NCBI GenBank assembly: GCA_020632445.1
Contig: JACKFN010000004.1
Span: forward strand, 4,952-68,951
DNA length: 64,000 nucleotides
Direction of reading: 5' to 3'
From: Candidatus Nomurabacteria bacterium
GTDB lineage: Bacteria; Patescibacteriota; Patescibacteriia; Magasanikbacterales; UBA922
Shown in pieces: positions 49,096 through 57,543 of this stretch. The position numbers were made by a program, and so were the translations under genes. Numbering within the stretch: the stretch's first letter is position 1; the number at the start of each line of letters is the position of its first letter. Below the pieces are notes generated by a model. The model was not told the DNA's origin, did not search any database, and saw only the letters and a program-made list of their open reading frames with translations.

Positions 49096-49800
49096 TCATT
49101 GCTGGTTTGTAGATGTCGCCGTGGTGGCGCTGGTACTTGTTGTTTGTGATGTTGATGTCGATGTCTGTGTAATGATTCCAGAGAGTGCATCTGCAATTTC
49201 TCGTTTTGCTTTGTCAATTTCGCTTTCTTCGTTTGGGTCACCCAAATTGTTTTGAGTATTCTTTGGTTCCAGAGCTGACAAATCGGACTGTGCCTGCTCA
49301 AAACTTTGCTGAGCAATTTCACCAAATCCAGGTGTTTGGCCGATGGTTTTCATAATCACCATTTTGAAGTTGTACATCCACAACCCCACAAGCATAATAA
49401 CAAAGATGCTGATGACGGCAAGTACGGCTCTGTTCTTTTTGGCTTCCAGATATTGGTCAAAATTTTGATTGAGCCTTTTTTTGTTGTCTGCGTAGGGATC
49501 AATTGGCTCGTACGGCTTTTGGGCGTATTCATTCACCAGTGATTCTACGGCAGAAATAGTAATTTGAATGTTCTCTTTTTGTTTTTTGTCGAGTTTTGGT
49601 TTTGACTTTGTCTTTTTTGCTTTGGTTGCAGAAGATTTCTTCTTTGCAGAAGAAGTCTTTTTTGTTGAAGCTTTTTTGGGAGTCTTTTTGGCTTTGCTTT
49701 TGGTCTGAACTTTCTTCTTTACCGTTTTTTTCTTTCCTTCCTTTTCGTCTGATTCTTTTTTGGCTTCTTTTTTTGGTTTTGGTGTCTTTTTGGCAGGCAT
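49096..49800 (-). CDS. hypothetical protein: histone-H1-like poly-Lys N-terminus, one TM helix, and a C-terminal Ser/Thr-rich tail
   Basis: MPAKKTPKPKKEAKKESDEKEGKKKTVKKK…, then AVLAVISIFVIMLVGLWMY, then …TSTSTSQTTSTSATTATS. Confidence 0.45.
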   Translation of the reverse strand: MPAKKTPKPKKEAKKESDEKEGKKKTVKKKVQTKSKAKKTPKKASTKKTSSAKKKSSATKAKKTKSKPKLDKKQKENIQITISAVESLVNEYAQKPYEPIDPYADNKKRLNQNFDQYLEAKKNRAVLAVISIFVIMLVGLWMYNFKMVIMKTIGQTPGFGEIAQQSFEQAQSDLSALEPKNTQNNLGDPNEESEIDKAKREIADALSGIITQTSTSTSQTTSTSATTATSTNQQ

Positions 49801-49810
49801 AGTGCTGTGT

Positions 49811-50425
49811 CTATTCTTTTTCGAGAACAAAAACAAGCATATCTTCCTGTGGAAGATCTTTTTTCTTGATAATGACCTTCTTTTCTGGGGCATCCGTCTT
49901 CATTCCAAGTTCTTTGAGAAATGCTGAAACGTCTGCTGCCTTGGGGTCATTGTCGCATTGGTACGCCATTGGGATAACGACTCTGGGTTCGATCATGTTG
50001 ACGATTTTGACGGCTTTTTGTGCATCGTAGCAACCGTTACCACCCACAGGAATAAACAGGACGTCAACTCCTGAGAGAATTTCCATTTGGGCATCATTTG
50101 GTTCCTGGCTGAGCATCCCAAGATGACCAAGACTCATGCCTTCGCTGTCGATACGGACAATGTTATTGCCCGGTTCATTTCCTTGGGCGGCATACATGAG
50201 TACTCCACTGGTTTCGCATTCACCAGCGGTTTCAAGTACAAATGGGTCTCCGGAAAGGGTGATAGAGTTGTCGCTTCCTCGGGTGTACAGGGCTATTTGG
50301 GGGGTAAGGCTACGAGGTGCTGAGCCTTTTGAGGGTTTGTAGGGATCAATAACAATATTTACGTCATTTGAGCCAGATTTGGCCTGCAGACGAATCGCAG
50401 TGTTTCCAAGCCATGAGATATGCAT
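49811..50425 (-). CDS. MBL-fold metal-dependent hydrolase (UPF0173-like)
   Basis: MHISWLGNTAIRL…VIDPY… pattern of small MBL-fold hydrolases. Confidence 0.5.
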   Translation of the reverse strand: MHISWLGNTAIRLQAKSGSNDVNIVIDPYKPSKGSAPRSLTPQIALYTRGSDNSITLSGDPFVLETAGECETSGVLMYAAQGNEPGNNIVRIDSEGMSLGHLGMLSQEPNDAQMEILSGVDVLFIPVGGNGCYDAQKAVKIVNMIEPRVVIPMAYQCDNDPKAADVSAFLKELGMKTDAPEKKVIIKKKDLPQEDMLVFVLEKE

Positions 50426-50649
50426 ATTTTCCTAAAGTCATGCTATTTAGCAGGTACATTATAGTACATTTCTTCTTCTCTATCAAGGGATGATGCATCC
50501 TCCATGCGTTACTTGACACGATCGATCTTTTCTGGTACTATAGAGCCATCTTAAGTAACTAACCCGAAATAGGGACTTTGGCGATTGCCAAGGTTAAATC
50601 CATAAAATAGGTTGCCTTAAGAGCAATTTTTTTTGTGGAAAAGGTGATT

Positions 50650-51807
50650 ATGACAACGCAAAACAAAGACTTTGCAACACTCCTCAAGGAGTACACCGCA
50701 AAGCTTCCTCATGTAGGAGATCTCATTGAAGGTACTATTGTCGCTGTAGAAAATGGTGCTGTTCGAATTGATATTGATGGACTTGCCACTGGTGTGGTTC
50801 GTGGTCCAGAGCTTTTTGCAGAATCAAAGGAATTCTCAGGAATTAAGGTTGGTCAAAAAGTGCATGCCACAGTAATCGAACAGGAAAACGAAAACGGTGA
50901 GCTTGAGCTTTCTTTTCGTGCTGCTGGATACCAACGTGTCTGGGATGCCATGATTGAAGCACGTGACTCTGGTGTGACCATTGATGCCAAGATTGTTGCT
51001 GCTAACAAGGGAGGACTCATGATGCAGGTAGACGCACTTTCTGGGTTTATGCCAGTATCACAGCTTGCCCCAGATCATTACCCACGTGTTCCTGGTGGAG
51101 ATAAGAATCGTATCCTCGAAGAATTGAAACTTTTGGTAGGACAGACTTTGCAAGTAAAAGTGCTTGATGCTATCCAAAAAGATGAAAAGCTCATTGTTTC
51201 AGAGAAGGCTGTTTGGGAAGACCAACAAAAAGCCGTTCTCGATAAGTACGGAATCGGAGACACTATTGAAGGAGAAGTGAGTGCGCTTACTTCATTTGGT
51301 GCCTTTGTAAAGTTTGGAGTTGGTCTTGAAGGGCTCGTACATATTTCTGAGATTGCTTGGCAACGTATTGAGCATCCAAAGGACGTTCTCAAGGTTGGAG
51401 ACAAGGTACAGGCTCAGATTATTGACCTCAACAAATCAAAGATTTATCTTTCTATCAAGCGTCTTGTGGACGATCCATGGAAGCAGGTAAAGGATAAGTA
51501 CAAGGTCAATGATGTGGTAGAGGGTGAAATCCACAAAGTAGAACCATTTGGTGTTATGGTAAAGCTTGATGAGCAGATTCATGGTTTGGCTCATATTTCT
51601 GAGCTTTCTGATAAACCAATCAAAGATGTCAAAGATTTGGAAGAAAAGTTTACGATTGGTTCTACGCATAAGTTTGCTATTGTGAGTATTGAACCAGCAG
51701 AACACCGGCTTGGTCTTCGTCTTGATGGAGTAAAGCCAAAGGCTCCAAAGGAAGAAAGGACAGAAGAGCCAAAGGCAAAGGAAGAAACAGCTGAGGCTTC
51801 AGAGTAA
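50650..51807 (+). CDS. rpsA: 30S ribosomal protein S1 (short 4-domain form)
   Basis: Repeated S1 domains (GDLIEGTIVAV…, GDTIEGEVSAL…, NDVVEGEIHKV…). AGGTGA Shine-Dalgarno before the ATG. Confidence 0.85.
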   Translation: MTTQNKDFATLLKEYTAKLPHVGDLIEGTIVAVENGAVRIDIDGLATGVVRGPELFAESKEFSGIKVGQKVHATVIEQENENGELELSFRAAGYQRVWDAMIEARDSGVTIDAKIVAANKGGLMMQVDALSGFMPVSQLAPDHYPRVPGGDKNRILEELKLLVGQTLQVKVLDAIQKDEKLIVSEKAVWEDQQKAVLDKYGIGDTIEGEVSALTSFGAFVKFGVGLEGLVHISEIAWQRIEHPKDVLKVGDKVQAQIIDLNKSKIYLSIKRLVDDPWKQVKDKYKVNDVVEGEIHKVEPFGVMVKLDEQIHGLAHISELSDKPIKDVKDLEEKFTIGSTHKFAIVSIEPAEHRLGLRLDGVKPKAPKEERTEEPKAKEETAEASE

Positions 51808-51821
51808 AGGATTGAAGTAAC

Positions 51822-51853
51822 AAAAAAAGCTTCTCGAAAGAGAAGCTTTTTTG
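51822..51853 (+). terminator. rho-independent terminator of rpsA
   Basis: aaaaaaagcttctcgaaagagaagcttttttg. Confidence 0.65.
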
Positions 51854-51918
51854 TTATTTGGATTGACAAAAAGGGGGTAATCATGTAAAAAGGTGAGGCG
51901 TGGCACGAGGAGGTGAAA

Positions 51919-53151
51919 GTGGACGCGAAAATGTACTGGAGCCTGGACCCCGACAACTGGGGCATGCAGCAGAAGATCGGTTACGTCCCGGTCGATGATC
52001 CGGATGCGGCGATGGCTGAGATCATGGTGTGGAACGTCCCCTACATGCGGGGCAAGATCACCATGGACAACAAGGGTTACTTCTACATCTACATTCATAG
52101 TCGGCTCCGGTGGTTCCGTGTTGGGCATGGTATCTTCGTGCTCTACCGGATGATCTGCCACATGCTCGATACCCACGCGCGGGAGATGCCGACGATTAAG
52201 CAGATCAGAAAGGCCCTTGACGGTCTGGACGTGGACTTTCAGGTCCTCGAGCCGCCGCAGACCGACCGTTTCGGTCAAGGCACGTACATTCGTGGTGTAC
52301 TTAGTGCACATCTGAGTGAGCTCGCGCGAGCAGTTGACTGCGACAAGGTCGAGGCACGCAAGTTGATCGTGCACATGCTCGGCGTGCATGGACTCGGCGA
52401 GGGACAGGAACTCAAGACGGTCGTCCTCACTTGCTTGAGCGAAGACGCACGGGAGTCGCTTCTCGATCGGCTCAGCAGCATCAGCTCCATGCATCCGCAT
52501 CTGTGCTACTATCGTGCGCAGGTGCGCCAGATGATCCTGCTGCTTGAGGATCTTCTGGATCAGGGAGTCGCAGCCGCCCAGTCCCTGATCCGCTACCTTG
52601 ATCCCAGCGCCGGACAGCCCGCCAACATCTTGGAGACCAAGATCAACGCAGTCGGTCGTTGGGTTTCAATGATGCGGATCAAGCCCTACTCGCATATCCC
52701 GGGGTACGCTGTCAGTGAGCTCGAGGAGCTCAGGCAGTTGGCTCGTGTCACTGGGAAGCAGGAAGAAGCTCTCGCGCTTGCGCGTCGAATCCACTCGGGG
52801 CTGTTGATCATGAAGATGCGTCGCAGTCTTGCGCTCTCGGCGATGCACGTCGACCATGGCAACAAGGCACTGAAGACGAAGGATGTGCGAGCCTCCAGCA
52901 AGCCGATGCGCCAGTCGCTTCTCAGGCGGATCATCGCATCCTTGGAGAGTACCTCCAGACAGTGTGCTCAAATCGATGAGACCGGCTTCTCCAACCCAGT
53001 GTGCGACCAGATTCGTGCCAATTTGTTGCAGGTGCTTTCACACCTGAAGCAGATTCTGTCACTACTGGAAACTGACGGTGATAGGGAGGAGATGGGGAGT
53101 CATTTCTCCATCGCCGCGGCGCACCTCAAGAATACGGCTCAGCTCATCTAG
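51919..53151 (+). CDS. high-GC (about 60%) hypothetical protein, about 410 aa (foreign cassette)
   Basis: Promoter TTGACA (51863)-17-TAAAAA. GAGGAGG 5 nt before the GTG at 51919. C-rich tail cccacctctgc…caccccaccggccgcc. Confidence 0.5.
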   Translation: MDAKMYWSLDPDNWGMQQKIGYVPVDDPDAAMAEIMVWNVPYMRGKITMDNKGYFYIYIHSRLRWFRVGHGIFVLYRMICHMLDTHAREMPTIKQIRKALDGLDVDFQVLEPPQTDRFGQGTYIRGVLSAHLSELARAVDCDKVEARKLIVHMLGVHGLGEGQELKTVVLTCLSEDARESLLDRLSSISSMHPHLCYYRAQVRQMILLLEDLLDQGVAAAQSLIRYLDPSAGQPANILETKINAVGRWVSMMRIKPYSHIPGYAVSELEELRQLARVTGKQEEALALARRIHSGLLIMKMRRSLALSAMHVDHGNKALKTKDVRASSKPMRQSLLRRIIASLESTSRQCAQIDETGFSNPVCDQIRANLLQVLSHLKQILSLLETDGDREEMGSHFSIAAAHLKNTAQLI

Positions 53152-53359
53152 CAAGCATTTCAGTCGATCCCACCTCTGCACAGCGGTCACCCCACCGGCC
53201 GCCAGAAGATTCCCTTGACTTTTGTGAAAAAAAAGTGTAATGTATTGCAGAAGCTTTTTCGCTTTTTTTGTTTTAAAATAATGGAACAAAGAAAGCGACG
53301 AAGCTGCGAGCATGGGCTCAAAGCGGGGATCGCGCGACTCAATGGGGAGAAGAGAGAAG

Positions 53360-53590
53360 ATGGAAGCAACGAGCGAGGCTCAGGTGCACTTCGGTCTGGA
53401 TCGCAGCACGGGGCGTCAGGTGGCGGTCCAGGGCGCCACCGGTCGTCAGGCGCCCAAGCTCACCGACAAGATCCCGGGCACCGACAAGGCCTCGGGCATC
53501 GACAAGATCAACCCGGTCCAGAACCACGGCTTCGCGACCAGCCTCGGCGACCTGTTCGGCCCCCAGCTCAGGGGCGTTCACACCTCCTGA
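53360..53590 (+). CDS. small high-GC hypothetical protein, 76 aa, with internal repeats (TGRQVAVQGATGRQAPK / PGTDKASGIDKINP)
   Basis: Promoter TTGACT (53215)-17-TAATGT. Purine-rich Shine-Dalgarno GGGGAGAAGAGAGAAG before the ATG. C-rich tail gcacccgccaccaccc. Confidence 0.35.
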   Translation: MEATSEAQVHFGLDRSTGRQVAVQGATGRQAPKLTDKIPGTDKASGIDKINPVQNHGFATSLGDLFGPQLRGVHTS

Positions 53591-53774
53591 TCCTGGCTGG
53601 ACTCGTTCCAGCACCCGCCACCACCCATGAGCGCAGCGCTCGTCTCGCCAACCAGGCCTGCACCACCGCGGGCCTGTCACATACATCTATAGAAGCATAC
53701 AAACATTTGAACATATAAACATGGTGCCGATAGGGCATTTTTTGTTTTTCAAAAAAGATTTTCTGTGTTATGCT

Positions 53775-54569
53775 ATGGGTAATGTAATTATACTCTCTAT
53801 GGCAACAAGACATTGGAAAGAATATCTTACTCGACTCGGTTTTTCGGACAATGAAGCCTCGTTATATCTTACTTCTCTCAAAGAGGGGCAGCTTTCTGTC
53901 CAAGAGCTTTCACGCAAGACCAAGCTCTCTCGTGTGACTGTGTATGCGGTTTTGGAATCACTGATGAAGCGAGGGTTAATTTCTACCGTCCAAAAAGGAA
54001 AAAAGAATTACTATGCAGCAGAACCACCAGAAAGATTGTTTACGGTGGCAAGTCAAGAAATTGGAAAACTTGAAGTCATGGTTGAGGAGATGAAACAAAA
54101 TGTCTCAGAACTTCGAGCGATTCAAAGTGGTGATAAACCAGTGGTAAAAATGTTTGAGGGAGAGGAAGCCATGCTTATCTTTCAAGAAAAGCTTTTGAGC
54201 GCACCGGTCAAAGAATTCTATGAGTTTGGAAATATCGATGCCATACGAAATGCACCGATTCTTGGTGAAGTAGCATCGGATTTTTTTGAAAGAATGGATA
54301 AAAAGAAAATTGTTCGTTATGGCATGTTTTCTTCAAAGGAAAAAGACCCTATTAGTAAAAGTGATTTTGAAAAGGTAAAGAAACTGGAAAACATTGATGA
54401 ATATTCGGGAAATGTTTCGGTGTTTGGAGACGAAGTCATTATTTCTGGTATGAGTGGAAAGTTTATTTCTGTATATATTCAAAACAAAGAAATTGCCGAC
54501 ACCGTAAGAGCTCTACTACGAAAGCTTTGGAAGGAAACTCCAGAGAAAGAGATTAAAAAAACACCTTAA
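53775..54569 (+). CDS. TrmB-family transcriptional regulator
   Basis: N-terminal wHTH LSVQELSRKTKLSRVTVYAVLESLMKRGLIS and a C-terminal TrmB-like sensor region. Confidence 0.6.
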   Translation: MGNVIILSMATRHWKEYLTRLGFSDNEASLYLTSLKEGQLSVQELSRKTKLSRVTVYAVLESLMKRGLISTVQKGKKNYYAAEPPERLFTVASQEIGKLEVMVEEMKQNVSELRAIQSGDKPVVKMFEGEEAMLIFQEKLLSAPVKEFYEFGNIDAIRNAPILGEVASDFFERMDKKKIVRYGMFSSKEKDPISKSDFEKVKKLENIDEYSGNVSVFGDEVIISGMSGKFISVYIQNKEIADTVRALLRKLWKETPEKEIKKTP

Positions 54570-54600
54570 GGGAGTTTCATTAGCAAAAGAATTTTTTTCA

Positions 54601-54624
54601 GGGGCCATGGACATGGCCCCTTTT
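54601..54624 (+). terminator. rho-independent terminator
   Basis: ggggccatggacatggcccctttt. Confidence 0.6.
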
Positions 54625-55130
54625 AGGTGGGGCGGTGGTCGTTTGGCGTTAGGGCTTGGGCGGCCCTCGCGCCTGGTATTGGATGTTCAGGGTCGTCTCC
54701 TCATTCGAGCGTCAGGGACGCCCGACAAGTTGCGCGCGAGAATTCGATCTCACGCGCCTTGTTGTCGTTAGCGGCCGGAGCCCATGGGAACCTCCAGGTG
54801 TGCTGCTCGGGGCAGCTCCCGGTGGGTCATGCCTCCCTGTCTTTTCGGTTTCCTTCACCACTGTTTTTGATCTGCAGGTCTGTCTTGCACAAACAGACTC
54901 TTCCGTGGCAGGAGATGCCAGGGTTACCACAGATCGTGGACTTGGGTTCAGGAATAGTGTCCTCAGTTGTTCAAAGCGGCTTGGAGCAGCCTCGTGTATG
55001 AGGACTCTTACCTTAGGAAGGCCTCAGGCTAGGTGCCGACTTGATTTTTCGGCTTCCTTGCCTAGCTTGACCCAATTGTCGTGCCGAGACTATCACGGGC
55101 CTGCTCGATGGCAGTCTTGGGCACGCAAGT
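54625..55130 (+). other. GC-rich (about 60%) non-coding block; no convincing ORF in any frame
   Basis: Stops interrupt all six frames. The composition matches the foreign cassettes. It could be a structured RNA or a decayed cassette. Confidence 0.3.
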
Positions 55131-55612
55131 GTGTGTTGGCCCGTAACAGGAGTAATATATCACAAAATACAATATTTGTCAAGTGCTACTATACACAATG
55201 CGGGCATGTGCATTCATAGAGAAAAAAAGTGCTTTTTTCGAAACATAGCTCATGTGAGAAGTCCATTATGTATAGAACTCCTTATCATTTTAGTTGTGTA
55301 AATTTAGGTAAAAAAATAAGTTATCCACAAAAAATGAATAACTACTCTTGACAAGCAAATAAATACATGATAAAACAATAAGGTAGTCAAAAAAGTAAAT
55401 TGATTCTTTACAAACAATCACCACGAACCCAAGGGGGTTTTAGCTAGGCTCCTTTGGCATATAGCGTTTCGTGGTGGTTGGGTTATATGTCAAAGAGTCG
55501 AGCAAAGTCCCTCTAAATAAGGGGCTTTTTGCTTTGCCTGATTTCGCATCAGGAAGTTCCCAATGTTTTGAAAGTTTTAAGATATCGGGAACCATCACCA
55601 TGGAGGGACACA

Positions 55613-55714
55613 GTGAAGTACGAGCTGAGCGTCATCATGACGCCGGTCGTGTTTACGCTGGTGCACCTGGCGCTCATCGCCGGGTTCTGCGCCAGTCTGA
55701 CCGGCCGCATCTGA
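55613..55714 (+). CDS. possible small hydrophobic peptide (33 aa, single TM), high GC
   Basis: GGAGGG 5 nt before the GTG. Product VKYELSVIMTPVVFTLVHLALIAGFCASLTGRI. An overlapping Arg-rich frame exists, so this is speculative. Confidence 0.2.
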   Translation: MKYELSVIMTPVVFTLVHLALIAGFCASLTGRI

Positions 55715-55739
55715 TCGAGACACCCCCCGTCCGATAACC

Positions 55740-56140
55740 AACCTTCAATAATACTGGGTCAACCAGTCTCCTCTTGCATATAATTGCAGCTACTGGCGTT
55801 GCTTCCAGCAGGAAGCGACCCGGGTGCTCGAGGTGTGACCGCCGCTGTCCAACCTTTGTTCAGGCTCCCGCCATTGCCTGAACCATTCCCCAATGCCTCT
55901 TAATTGAGAAGTATTGGGGAGTAACTTCTAGGAGAATGCTTCCCGCCCGATCGGGCTACCCATTGAGATGGTCCCTAGGTTCAAAATTCCTTGCCTCGGC
56001 AAGACTACCTCCTAGGCCTGACGCATAAGCAGCGTGAATGGTAGTGCGCTGCGCCCACCCTGGCTCGATTCCCCATCGAGCCCCTTGATTGCCTCTTTCT
56101 GTTTTCAGGAAGTGGCTCAAAGGAATAATTTTTCATAACA
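55740..56140 (+). other. GC-rich non-coding region dense in nested hairpins (candidate structured RNA)
   Basis: TGTTCAGGC…GCCTGAACA, CCCCAAT…ATTGGGG, GCCCGATCGGGC, TTGCCTCGGCAAG, GGCTCGAT…ATCGAGCC. Confidence 0.3.
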
Positions 56141-56143
56141 CCC

Positions 56144-56193
56144 ATGCTTGTCACGTTTTCTCTTCACTCTGGGCCCTATGGCTCAGCGATGAA
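56144..56193 (+). repeat. repeat R1 (50 bp), a copy of the leader/start region of the cassette at 57124
   Basis: atgcttgtcacgttttctcttcactctgggccctatggctcagcgatgaa matches 57079-57128 with 3 mismatches. Here the ATG is followed by an early stop (atgaatag). Confidence 0.7.
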
Positions 56194-56296
56194 TAGAAAA
56201 TGGTATGTTTTTACTTCCTAAAATGATTGGGGAGTTAGTTGGAGATCTCTCAGTGTGCCAAATATGACATAGTGAGGGATTAACCAAGGAGCTCCC

Positions 56297-56977
56297 ATGA
56301 ACGAGTATGAGCGAGTCATTCAGGCCGGTGCGGTGGCGACGATCGTCGACTCTCACGAGTCTGACGGCGTCAATGACGTCGTGGTGCGAGTGGCCAATGG
56401 TCATGGGAGCGTGCTGTTGCTCATGTTGCTCAGCGGCACCGGTGTGGTGTGCACACAGCGCATTATAGCCGATGAGCTGGCGCACCAGCGTGAGCGGATC
56501 CTCAGTCGTGGGATCCACGCTGGCAATGCCAGTGTGAGGATCATCGACCTGGCAGAGTTTCGTCGGCGCTTCCCATCAAAGCCGTGTACGGTGCGGGAAG
56601 GGATCGAGGCTCACAGGCATCGCCTGTACGAGTATGCCGATCTGCGGCGCGAGCGGGGTGGCTCGGACTGGCGAGGTGAGATGCCGCTGACGGTCGACCC
56701 TGCGGTCAAAGAGCTGCTCGCTGAAAACCCGTATCTCACGGGAATAATCGTGAGAGGGGTTTACGCCAAGCGCGGTGGTGCCGGGTATTCGGTGCGACTT
56801 GGCTTCGGCAAGGCGGTCAAGTTCTGGGAGGAACATTCGAGTTCGTGTTCGGGGTTGCCTGTCAGCGTGAGTGTTGAACTCGTCGATGATGAGCCTCACC
56901 CGAGCTGGATCTTGTCGCCTGCGCAGGCTAACGTGTTGCGTTGGTACCTTGCGGTGACAGACGAGTGTTGCTCCTGA
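56297..56977 (+). CDS. high-GC (about 62%) hypothetical protein, 226 aa (cassette J)
   Basis: GGAG Shine-Dalgarno and an ATG at 56297. Its N-terminal motif AGAVATIVDSHESDGVNDVVVRVANG resembles the C-terminus of cassette K. Confidence 0.5.
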   Translation: MNEYERVIQAGAVATIVDSHESDGVNDVVVRVANGHGSVLLLMLLSGTGVVCTQRIIADELAHQRERILSRGIHAGNASVRIIDLAEFRRRFPSKPCTVREGIEAHRHRLYEYADLRRERGGSDWRGEMPLTVDPAVKELLAENPYLTGIIVRGVYAKRGGAGYSVRLGFGKAVKFWEEHSSSCSGLPVSVSVELVDDEPHPSWILSPAQANVLRWYLAVTDECCS

Positions 56978-57010
56978 CGCAGTTACTCTGCCTACCAAAT
57001 ACGCCTACCT

Positions 57011-57037
57011 CAATCACCACATTCAAACAAAGTTTTT
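57011..57037 (+). repeat. trailer repeat T1 after cassette J
   Basis: caatcaccacattcaaacaaagttttt; a copy lies at 57517-57543 after cassette K. Confidence 0.65.
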
Positions 57038-57078
57038 GTCGTGACAAATATTTTGTTGGACTTGTTTCACCAGCATCT

Positions 57079-57128
57079 ATGCTTGTCACGTTTTCTTTTC
57101 ACTCTGGGCCCTGTGGCTCAGCGATGAA
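57079..57128 (+). repeat. repeat R2 (leader plus start codon of cassette K)
   Basis: See R1. Confidence 0.7.
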
Positions 57129-57507
57129 CGGAAAACGGAAAATTGCGATGGTTATCATTCGTTTTGTTCGAGGGTCTGAGACTCGTGACATGGCCGTGGA
57201 CTTGGTAACCCGTGATGAGGCACGGGAGATTCTGGTCACCGGCCACAAGGCTGGCTTTGACTGGAAGATCGAGTATCGGCTAGCGAGCGAGATTGAGGCA
57301 CACCTGTGGATGGCCGCAGATTTTACCGCGCGGATCCTTCGTGCTCTGATGCGTGGGCTCCCTGTGAGGTTTGACGGCGTAACCTGGTTTCGGCTCGATC
57401 AGGCGGGCGAGATCGAAGACGTGATCGTCAATTCTGGTGCCGTCGTCACCATCGAATCAGACGATGATAATGGCTTGGTTATTATCAGAGCAGGACAGAT
57501 CCACTGA
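57124..57507 (+). CDS. GC-elevated hypothetical protein, 127 aa (cassette K)
   Basis: The ATG lies inside repeat R2. Its C-terminus SGAVVTIESDDDNGLVIIRAGQ resembles J's N-terminal motif. Confidence 0.45.
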   Translation: MNGKRKIAMVIIRFVRGSETRDMAVDLVTRDEAREILVTGHKAGFDWKIEYRLASEIEAHLWMAADFTARILRALMRGLPVRFDGVTWFRLDQAGEIEDVIVNSGAVVTIESDDDNGLVIIRAGQIH

Positions 57508-57516
57508 TCCCACCTC

Positions 57517-57543
57517 CAATCACCACACTCAAACAAAGTTTTT
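57517..57543 (+). repeat. trailer repeat T2 after cassette K
   Basis: caatcaccacactcaaacaaagttttt. Confidence 0.65.

Noticed and set aside
54627-55219. ORFs 54627..55001, 54656..55219 (+) and 54712..54930 (-) in the GC-rich block
   Set aside because: They overlap mutually, have no Shine-Dalgarno, and give Arg/Ser/Gly/Pro-rich junk translations. The block is better treated as non-coding or decayed.
54625-56140. RNase P RNA, tmRNA, SRP RNA, 6S RNA, group II intron domain V, rRNA fragment
   Set aside because: I looked for the characteristic strings (GGAAAGTCCGG for RNase P; a tRNA-like end plus ANDENYALAA-type tag for tmRNA; GGUCAGGUCCGGAAGGAAGCAGC for SRP; a domain-V GAGC…GAAA…ACGTACGG pattern for the intron) and found none.
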